64,000 bases of DNA from Macrostomum lignano (lineage: Eukaryota), in NCBI GenBank assembly GCA_002269645.1, contig NIVC01000061.1:620001-684000 (forward strand), read 5' to 3'. Under the pieces are notes generated by a model. That model was not told where the DNA came from, ran no database searches, and was given only the letters and a program-made list of their open reading frames with translations. Shown here one piece after another: positions 14,084-24,900 of this stretch. Each line of letters begins with the position of its first letter. The first letter of the stretch is position 1. Both the position numbers and the translations under genes were made by a program.

Positions 14084-15565
14084 TCATGGGGCAGGTGAGC
14101 AGGAAATAGCAATTAAAGTTGAGTCATGTCTATCTCAATAAATTCTGTCCGCAGACGAACTCGGGGATTATTTCCAGTCCCTGAAGACTCTCATCGAGGA
14201 CTCTTTCCATCGAGCTTCGGGTCGCAAGGTAGTTCTCGTAGCGCACAGCCTCGGTGGCAAACTCATGCTTCACTTTCTGCACTCCCAGCCGCAGCATTGG
14301 AAGGATCAGTACATCGGGCACTTTGTAGCAATCGGTGGCGCATTCGGCGGTGTCACTGTCTCACTCCTGGCCATGCTTTCAGGTATGGAAGCATGGAATT
14401 TTCCATACCATGAGATTCCTGTGTTATTCCAGGTCACAACCTACAAATAGGAATTCCCCTTTCTACATCTATAAATAGACTTCCACCAATGTAATGACTG
14501 CTGACTTTCGTATCGCATTCTGTATAGATGACTTTGGCAATTCACCAATCCAAGTTACTTTGTACAATCAAACAACTGACAACTGACAACTGTATCATAT
14601 CAGACAATGAGATTTTCCTATTATATATAGCTCGACATTCTAGGCTTTCATGTACATGTACATGTACATGTACATGAAAGCCTAGAATGTCGAGTGAAAT
14701 CCCAAGGTTGCGCCCAAGCATGATTTCACTCTACAATGTGGGAATTCCCTACTATAGATAGCATCACACTCAAGGCTACAATCCGGGTTTCCAACTATAA
14801 ATAGCCACCACATTCGAGGCTATAATCCGGGAATCCCCTACTATAAATAGCCACCACATTCAAGGCTACAGCCCCGGGAATCCCCTACTATAAATAGCCA
14901 CCACATTCAAGGCTACATTCCCGGGAGTTCCCTACTATAAATAGCCACCCAATTCAAAGCTACATTCCCGGGAATTCCCTACTCTAAATAGCCACTGCAT
15001 TCCAGGCTACAACCTCGGAATTCCCACCATCAATCCGCTGCAATTCCGCACGGTTCAGCGGTCCTGGCCAAGCACGCACTACCTGCTGCCCGATGCCATC
15101 CTATTCGGGTCTGACCGGCCCCTGGTGAAGTCGAAGAGGGCTCCGCCATCGCCGCCAGACGCCGTGTACACCACGGCCAACTTGTCCGCCCTGTTCGCCA
15201 AGGCTAGCTTCGCGAAAGGCTACGCCGAGGGCCGGGCCAGGTACGGCGAGCTCACGGACGTCGGCAAGCCGCCCGGAGTGACCACCACTTGCGTTTTTGG
15301 CGACGGCCTGCCGACTCTGGCCAGCATCGCCTGGCCGAAGGTTGGCGACAAAGTGGCTGATGCCGACGAGCACGAGAACGGCGACGGCACTGTGGCGGCG
15401 TCCACGGCGCGCCTCTGTCGCGACTGGTCGGCGAAACAGGCGGCGCCGGTGCGGGTGACGCGGCTGGCCAAGGCGCAGCACGTGGCGATTCTGTCAGACG
15501 ACCGACTGCTGGAGCTGGTGGCCGACGTTGTCCGGAAAGGTGGAAAAACTGAAACTGACAACTGA
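10336..15565 (+). CDS. LCAT / lysosomal phospholipase A2 (group XV)-like secreted lipase, about 430 aa
   Basis: Exons 10336-10447, 11854-12013, 13335-13465, 13641-13742, 14155-14382, 15006-15565 (1293 nt, in frame). Signal peptide, [24 protein letters not shown], catalytic AHSLG (Ser), NGDGTV (Asp), QHVAIL (His). PLA2G15 versus LCAT orthology not resolvable by eye. Confidence 0.92.
10499..11744. repeat. 37-bp minisatellite filling lipase intron 1
   Basis: CCATAGACTACTGAGGGTTGGCTCAATGCATTTGTAG, with a gradient to ..TTTGGAA. Confidence 0.95.
12342..12698 (-). CDS. Intronless secreted Gly/Tyr-rich protein (118 aa), nested antisense in lipase intron 2
   Basis: [18 protein letters not shown] signal peptide followed by a 100-aa Cys-free mature part with about 32 Gly and 17 Tyr, GYGGHGDE twice, ending RRRR. 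TATA-like CATAAATAG on the minus strand near 12796-12804. Confidence 0.8.
   Translation of the reverse strand: MKLLIVSAALIAVAAAHAGGHGSSDLYDSYGGGYGGRGSRGYYGGYGTKGYGGHGDEGYEGYGGHGDESHKGYGTGRHDYSAGSEYGSYIYNGNEDAKDNGNGYGNEKYPSKGYRRRR
13749..14084. repeat. Compound (GACA)n-(GGCA)n microsatellite in lipase intron 4
   Basis: Direct reading. Confidence 0.95.
14720..15030. repeat. About 47-bp repeat whose last copy contains the lipase exon-6 acceptor and exon start
   Basis: CAAGGCTACATTCCCGGGAATTCCCTACTATAAATAGCCACCACATT vs real CCAG|GCTACAACCTCGGAATTCCC. Confidence 0.85.
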
Positions 15566-15677
15566 CTGCCCACTGGGCTCATCCACACTTCCCACAACTT
15601 CTTATAACTTATACGTAGAAGCGCTCGTATACAACTTTAAAGTGATTAATCTGACGGGTTTCAGCCTTCTTTAGAAA

Positions 15678-16264
<587 letters not shown>

Positions 16265-16754
16265 CGAGCGCAACCCTGCCCCCCATCTGACCTGCTAACC
16301 CAGCACGCAAGCCTACCCGTTAATTCATAGGAGCACCAAAGCACCAACATACGCGATTTAGTTTTTAAAAATTGAATCTACAGAGTGGGGGGGGGGTAAA
16401 AATCTTTTACGGTGTAATTTTTCCATCTTACTAAAGAAAAGTTTATGGCAAAAAGAAGGTTTTCATTTGGACTGTTTCGCTCATAAATCTTTGTTCGCTA
16501 TCGAAAAAATCACATATCAAAACGTTTCGCGCTGTCGAAAGGTTTTCGTAAAGTAGAATGCATCTATATAAAATCCATGAAATTTAAAACCCTCTACATG
16601 AAAGTCAACTTTTCTGCAGAAATTTCGCACCGAGTTCAACGTGGTCGCTGTGTAAAAATTAATTGCGGCATTTTAAAATCTTCAAAATAGGGGAGTTTTT
16701 GACGATGCAAAACTTCCAAATTGCGTATGCGAGGCGTCTGATTTGAACTCAGAC

Positions 16755-17198
16755 ACCTTGAGGATACTTTGAGGACACCTTGAGGATACCTTAAGGACAC
16801 CTTGAGGATACCTTGAGGACACTTTGAGGATACCTTGAGGACACCTTGAGGATACCTTGAGGACACTTTGAGGATACCTTGAGGACACCTTGAGGATACC
16901 TTAAGGGCCTTGAGGATACCTTGAGGACACTTGAGGATACCTTGAGGATACCTTGAGGACACCTTGAGGATACCTTGAGGACACCTTGAGGATACCTTGA
17001 GGACACCTTGAGGATACCTTGAGGACACTTGAGGATATACGTATCAGATTAAACATGCCTTTTGAGGGAGTTATTTGTATAAATCACGAGGGCCTATGGA
17101 TTATTCACTTCTATGGATTATTCACTTCTATGGATTATTCACTTCTATGGATTATTCACTTCTATGGATTATTCACTTCTATGGATTATTCACTTATA
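16755..17198. repeat. 11-bp CCTTGAGGA(T/C)A array (about 16755-17036) and 17-bp CTATGGATTATTCACTT array (about 17094-17198)
   Basis: Direct reading. Confidence 0.9.
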
Positions 17199-18952
17199 GT
17201 GGATACCTTGAAATGAAATTTGGCAGAGATTCAAACTGAGATATTGACTTACCAAAAATGAATAAATTTATTTTAAGTAGCTCGTATTTGTTCTGTCTAT
17301 GGTAATTTAATATTTTTGAAAACGTTCTTCAAGTGACTAGCCCAAGGAATTCTACTCTTAAATCTGGAATTCCTTGGCTAGCTAGATTAAGCGATGATTG
17401 TTTCAAAAACGAAAAAAACTGGGCAATCACGAATGGAGGAATCTAGCACGCTGACGAGTGCGTCAATGACTGAAACACGAGTGCGTAGCGCACGAGGGTT
17501 TTTACCATAGACGCACAAGTCAAAGTGCCTGATTCCCATTCTTATTTGATCCAACATGTGTGGCTAAAGTAGACTAGGGTGGAGCTGGGGTGTGGAGTTA
17601 GACTTGAACCATAGACAAAATATGCGCGAGCTAGTCTGGACATTCTTGCACGATGGAAAGAAGATTATGCTTGTAGTCTATGGCTGTTATGCTAGCTCGT
17701 AAATATAGAAACATCGCGCATTACATTCTTGCACGATTGACATTCCTCCTGCACGGAGTGCACATGTAAATTCAAGGTGCTTTTACCATAGACACTTGCA
17801 TTTCTGCACGCATTTGGCGACTTCCAAAGCATTCTTGCACGCTGGATCAAATAAGAATATGCACTCTTAGGAAAGTGTTTAGTTATTTACTGGAATTTAT
17901 TGACTTTTGCTCCATCAATGTTTCAGCTTGCATTCTTGCTTCATAATTCTTTTCAACGCCTTGCACAAAAGTGCGGCTATGGAGGGATCCTCTTAGGAAC
18001 CCTAATTGTAACTCTATGGAAAACCATAGCAGAATTCAGTGCTGGGTTTGCGCCGGCCTTTCTGAAAGCGTCTGCTGCAGGGCGAGATTCGTTGTTGGAA
18101 CTGGCCCTTAATGCCAGGCATTCATACCTTACTGCTTTAGGCTCTGCATACGCGTGGCTCGAACTTTGCTTCCACTTTCGTGCGCTCTGCCCCCCTGGAC
18201 TGCCCCGTCTGCGCAGCCTCTGACGCATCGCAGCCCTGTCTGTCTGTTCCAAGCAGATGCGACACGACGAATTTCTTTTGCCGATTCCCACACCAACCTC
18301 TGCCATGTGATGTACACCAGGTAGAATTAGTTCATTATTGCGTACGCCGCCCGAATACATGCTGCAGAAGTTTTGTCACTTCTGGGGAGGGATCGGGATG
18401 GACGACGTTCTTAGGTGGATAGGAAAATGCCATCATTCCAGCCGTATTTTACCTTGGCCTTCTGCAGCCCAGTGGATCGGGGCTGCTTCAGCTGCAGTAA
18501 AAATGCGCAATCGATTCGAAGGGGCCGAGTGCGGCCCAGTGCGACCTCTCTTCCCTCTCTCCCTCTCTGTTCTTCCCACCTCCTCATGCAGCCTCTCTCT
18601 GGCATTCGCTTGCTGCAGATGAAAACTTGCTTTTGTCTCCCAGAATTCTGCGTGGATCCTTGAAAGAGTGGGCGGGTGGCGTTCGAATGGGGTAGCGGAT
18701 GGGATCAGGGACGGCAGCGAGGGTCAGGGCGGGGTACGTGGGATCAGCTCCTAGTTAAATGTCGCTGCGCCCGCTGCAAAATTGCCCTCCTCCTTCCTGC
18801 TCGCCGCCGGCCCTATTCCTCCTTCATTCTACTGCAGAGCCTTCATCTTTTCTGCGGTCAACTTGCAACCCACTTCGCTAGGCTTTTCGCTGCTATCGTC
18901 GGTTTTCTTTTCTGTCGCTAAGTTTCTGTGCTGTTGTCAACCAAAATTTAGC

Positions 18953-21900
18953 ATGGACGCCATCAAGAAGAAGATGCTGGTGATGAAGCACGAGCGTGAG
19001 AGTGCTGGAGAAAAGTAAGTTTGCATGATGAACCAGAAAATTGCACTTGAGTTTGATATTTGAATGATATTTAAATTATAATGAGGAATTTGCTTTCATC
19101 ACTGATTGCTTTCATGGGTTTTCAAATAAATTTTGAGTATGATTGCGATGCTGAACGAATACCAGCTCAGAATTCGACACAATTCGAATTCAAATTTGCA
19201 AGCATCGTTTAAGATGTCGATAAAGCCCCACTCACCAATGGATTCAACTCAAAAATTTTAGAGCTACCCAGCTGGAAGAAAAGCTAAAGGAAAAGGAAGC
19301 TGAAATGAACAAGAAGGAAGAAGAGATGGGCGAGTTTCAGAATAAATTAAAGCAATTGCAAATTAATGTTGACGAAGCGCAGGATACATTAGCTGCAGCT
19401 ACCACCAATTTGGACGAGACCGAAAAGCGAGCTAGCAACGTAAGTTTCCTATTTTATGTATTTTAGTGCAGCTGAAATCCTGCAAAAAATATCTAATAAA
19501 TGTATCTATTTGTTTATTTCGAAAGGAGGCATTTAAATTTTGATAAAATATGCGTTTCATAGAAACCATCGAATTTGCGAATAAGCTAACGACTTAATAG
19601 TAAATTTATATAACCTTTACACTTGTCTTAGTGCCTTTGTTTGAGCTCATTTACACTGGATTTAAATAACTTTTTCCTAAGAACTAGGCCTATTTAGAAA
19701 TTTTAATACAGTGTTAACTGATTTGATTATGTCTTCGAATAAGGACCAGGGTCAAGGCCAGAACATTTTGGCAACACTTAAAAACAAGATGACAAGTTTG
19801 AGAAATGAGCTCGATAAAGTTACAGAGGAGCTTTTTAAAAAAGAGGCTGCATTGAAGGAAGAAGTTCATTTGCGAGCACAGGTATGCTTTTACTTAGTCA
19901 AAGCTTCAGAATATTAATTATGAAGATAAGAAATCTAACTAAATAATTATAGAAGTAAACCTTAATAAGCCATAATAAGCCAATAGCCATACATTTGCAA
20001 ATGCAACCTTTGAAATTACATCAGCCATGCAGCTTGGTTTTGACTTAAAATGTAACTTGGCCCAACTTATCCAGAATTAAGTTATAAAAATCTTTAATTT
20101 GTTTGTTTTCTAATTTTGTCAAAAGTCAAATGGTGGCTTATGTTGCTAGGCCTAAGTGGATGCACACAAATTCGGCAACAGAGTTAACACAGACAAATTT
20201 GGTAAAAGCAAATTCTGCAATTGGCAACAATTTAGGCAAATTTGGCCACAAGTCATTTTTAAGTCTGATTTATTGACTGCGACCAAGGCTTCAGATATAA
20301 GCCATCTGCTGTCTGACCAGACCAACTCCACCCCCTTTGTTAATAGTACAACACATGGCTTTAACTTAAGGACATATGACTACAAGGTATACATAGTTAG
20401 CTAAGTGTACTGTAAAAAAATATATATCAGAATAGAAATATTATCAATTGATATAATTACTGTACATGTATACTGTTTATGTTTATAAATTTAGATTTCT
20501 GTGGCAAGTGCCTTAAGACTCTAGCCACTAAACTCTTGTATGTATGACCTTTGATAGAAAATATTGTATCAAAGGCATTGTGCATCTTTTTAAGAATAGG
20601 GTCTAAACTAACATTTTTTGGTAAGCATATTTAAATTAAATTTTGGGATAAATAATCGATAAACCAAACTCAATTTAAAAAGAAAGCTAATATGCATGAT
20701 CTATCCCATTTTAAAAAGGTCATTTATTATTCAATACCAGCATATTTTTTAACAAATTGCATGCACTAATTTTTTTGGTGTGCATTTGTAATTATTCAAT
20801 TTTTGTCCAGGCGTGCACCTAGCATGATCCAGACTATAGGTTAGCACCGAGTTACATTATTATTCTGGTCTACCAAAATTTAAGGGCCATTTTTTTTAAG
20901 AATTATCAAATTGATAGGCTTTATTACCTAGGGGTTGGACGTGATCACGATTTTGTGAATTCACAACCATATTTTCATGATCGTGATTTCCTTGAAACCC
21001 GTTCACAACAGTCGTGAATTTCCACTTTATTACATTTTTATTAGAAGTATAACTTTTCTTCTTGGTTTACCAAAATATATGAACACAAATGTGTAAAAGA
21101 GTAATAAATTTTACATTTGTTGACTTGACAGCATTACCGAGTAGCTATTATCAATTTATAAATATTTGTTTTCTTGTTTTGTTATTTTCAACACTTGTAA
21201 CTACGAGCTCAAATACGTGTATGCAAATATAAATTCACAATCACGATCATGCCCAACTTTGAAAATTTCATGAAATTTCACGCCCGACCAAAATTTTCTG
21301 CTCGTCCGACCTCTATTATTAACTATAGTTGAATATGAGTCCTAATCTTAGGATCATTTACATATTAATATCAATTCTATTTGATAGAAACTCAACTTGA
21401 TTAAAGTATCAGCAATTGAACTAACTTTTGCATTGTTAAGTTGCAAGAAATTATTTATGAGTTAGAGTTGAGTCCTGGCCTTTCCTAACCTTTTCCATTG
21501 AGTTGAACAGCCTTAGCAGCGTTATGGAAGTGACACAATTCAAGCAATAGTTTTATCTATTAATCCACTATGTAATTTTACCACCTCAGGCCGAGGCTGA
21601 GGTGCAGGCTCTGACCAGGCGAATCCGACTGCTAGAGGAGGACCTGGAGCAGACCGAGAGCAGGCGGCAGGAGGTCACATCAAAGCTTGAGCAGGCCAGC
21701 AAACTGGCTGATGAGAGCGAGCGGTGAGAGCTTGGCCATTGCTTTTGAGCTCTGAATGCTATAGTTTGGCACGATAGGGCAGATAGAGTTGCTCACAGCA
21801 GTAGCTTTGGCGCCCCTCCCTATCAGCAGCTTTGGCGCCCCCTCCCTATCAGCAGCTTTGGCGCCCCCTCCCTATCAGCAGCTTTGGCGCCCCTCCCTAT

Positions 21901-24900
21901 CAGCAGCTTTGGCGCCCCTCCCTATCAGCAGCTTTGGCGCCCCTCCCTATCAGCAGCTTTGGCCTTGGCGCCCCCCCCCCACAGCAGCTTTGGCGCCCCC
22001 TCCCTATCAGCAGCTTTGGCGCCCCTCCCTATCAGCAGCTTTGGCGCCCCTCCCTATCAGCAGCTTTGGCCTTGGCGCCCCCCCCACAGCAGCTTTGGCG
22101 CCCCCTCCCTATCAGCAGCTTTGGCCTTGGCGCCCCCCCTCCACAGCAGCTTTGGCGCCCCCTCTCTATCAGCAGCTTTGGCCTTGGCGCCCCCCCTCCA
22201 CAGCAGCTTTGGCGCCCCCTCTCTATCAGCGGCTTTGGCCTTGGCGCCCCCCCACAGCAACTTTGGCGCCCCTAGTAACTGTAAGGACAAGTTTTTGCTT
22301 TGCAATTTTATCTGCCTGTGCTGATCCATATGGAGCCTGGCAAAGAGTTGGCAGACAAACTGGTTAAAGATTGAAAAGAAGATTTAGGAAACACTACTTT
22401 GTATGCAACGTTTAGCATTTTCTAATTATAGTAAAATTAATAACAACACCTAGTCCTACTAGTTTTAGTCGAACCTGTTTACCTCTTATTTCGTGAATAA
22501 TCTTGTTTTTCATTGCATCTCGTTATGAATTTAACTTTTTAGATTTTGTATAGGAGTCGAAGTTGCTTTCGTTTACAAAAATATAGTGCCTTGTGCACTT
22601 TAGTGCCTTTTGCATGCGCGCATGCTTCTCCCCGAAGCATTTTGAACCCCTATTGAACAATGTGGGCAAAAATTGAGCCCAACATGAGTAAATTTTAGCA
22701 TTTTGCCACCATCATTGTCGTCAAGGTCTCGCAAGGTGATGGAGACCAATCTCAGCAAGGTGGAGGTAGAAGCGGCCGAGCACGAGCAGCGGTACCGGGA
22801 CTCAATGCAGGCCGCCGCCGAGGCCGAACGGAAATTTGAGGAGGTAGCGGCCGCCAATTGTTTGTTCGATAATTTTCCACCCCGACTCGAGGTTTTCAGT
22901 AGGCGTTCTTTTAAGGCTAATTTTACTTTTTTCGCTGTCTTGGGGTCGTTTGATTTAAGCGTTGCTGATTTTTTTCTCATTTTGTCCAAGTGACGCTTGA
23001 ATGACTGCGAGTCGCATTGAACTGAAAAAATTGGCTGACTGACTGATTCAAATCAAACTGACTGTTCAGCGCCCGCAAGCTGCTGGAGACCGCCTCTTTC
23101 GCTACCGATGAGCGGCTCAGCTCGCTCGAAGAGCAGCTGAAAGAGGCCAAGTTCATCGCCGAGGATGCCGACAGAAAGTACGACGAGGCCGCCCGCAGGC
23201 TGGCCATCTCCGAGGTTGACCTTGGTCGGGTCGACTCTCGGCTGGAGACTGCCGAAAGGTTTTTTAGACAGGAAATTGCGATGAGACTGAATTGGATTGA
23301 AGAAGGCTGTGCGACTTTGTCTCATGGCATTGATTACCTGCATGATTTTGCTGTGTTGGCATGCTAGAAATTTGGCTGTTATTGATTCAGTGAGGTTGGG
23401 CTTGTAGGGGTTGTAAAATTGAGGGGTGGCTGTTCAATGGGGAGCGAGGTGGGGGCTGAGGAGGGGTAGGAAAATTAAGATATGGTTGTTAAGTTTGGAG
23501 TGAGGTGGGGGCTGGGGAGGGGTAGGAAAATTGAGGGTCGCTGTCCAGTTCGGAGTGAGGTGAGGCTGGGGAGGGGTAGGAAAATTGAGGGTCGCTGTTC
23601 AGTTTGGAGTGAGGTGGGGGCTGGGGAGGGGTAGGAAAATTTAGGGTTGCTGTTCAGTGTGGAGTGAGGTGGGGGCTGGAGAGGGGTAGGAAAATTGGTG
23701 GTCGCTGTCCAGTTCGGAGTGAGGTGGGGCTGGGGAGGGGTAGGAAAATTGATGGTCGCTGTCCAGTTCGGAGTGAGGTGGGGCTGGGGAGGGGTAGGAA
23801 AATTTAGGGTTGCTGTTCAGTGTGGAGTGAGGTGGGGGCTGGAGAGGGGTAGGTTTCATTGCTAAATTTAGATAACGAAGGTTTTAGATCAATTGTGACA
23901 CGCAGTAGACAGGTCTAGTTGGATCTTAAATCGCCTATGCTAAATGCTTTATTTAAAGGATGTTTTCGGTCTAATAGCGTGGTCGCCAATCAAGCAGTAA
24001 CTTGAACGTACGGAAATAGAATTTCGCTAGAATTTCTCATGTATTAACATCAGCCAGAGCCTGCGTGCCAGTGAAAGTTTGGGTTCTGGTCCAAGATGCG
24101 GGCCAGTGAAGGGGGCGGGCGGGGTGTCAGCGTGTGCGCTGCGCAGTTTCCCGCCTTGCTGGCAACACAGTCGGGCCTTCTGGTCTGGCGCGACTGCTAT
24201 TGATACTAACTTGTGCGTCTGCATTTTCTCCGTTGTGTTTTGGTATGCGGCTTGCGTTGTAGTTGTGTGCAGCGCGAATGCTAATGCTGTGTATATTTGG
24301 TGTGTATCTCTTGGCACTCTGCGCTTAAAGTTGGTGAAGTCAACTGGAGACTAGTTATTGTTGATCTAGCAAGTCCAATTTAAATGGGTTTTGTAGTTAA
24401 TTTTGGCCACTTCTGGTTGCTAGATTTCTAAAGTTGACTTAAGAAGTCTGGCTTAGATAACAAAAGTACTGTCGATGACCACTAGTTGTTAGATACAAAT
24501 GTTTTGAAGGCTCAATTTTGTTCAGTAATGCATTCGCGAGATAAAATTTTCATATTAGTAGAAAATATTAGTAGAAAAAAAATTAGTAGAAAATATTCAT
24601 AAACTGAATATTCCATTAATTTGTCTGAATATTTTGACCTAATAACCTATTGACTCTATGAACTTGTGACCCAATTACTCCGTGACCTTATGACCAAATG
24701 ATTCCATGAAATTTTAATCCAATGGCTCCATGAGTTTATGACCCAATGACCCCGTGTCCTTATGACCCAATGACCCCCGTGTCCTTATGACCTTTTGACT
24801 CCATGAACTTATGACCCAACCCAATGACTCCTTGTCCTTATGAGTATGACCTACTGACTCAGTGACCTTATGACCTTATGACTGACTCCATGATCTTATG

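Noticed and set aside
14528-14560. TAG|ATGACTTTGGC as lipase exon-6 start
   Set aside because: The acceptor at 15005 gives the family-typical SGYNLGIP and a continuous frame; this site lacks a good donor.
18220-18275. SCRICLE resembling a RING-CH start
   Set aside because: Remaining Cys/His ligands are absent in all frames.
24040-24354. GC-rich ORF / possible extra tropomyosin exon
   Set aside because: No heptad character or exon-size match; splice sites unconvincing.
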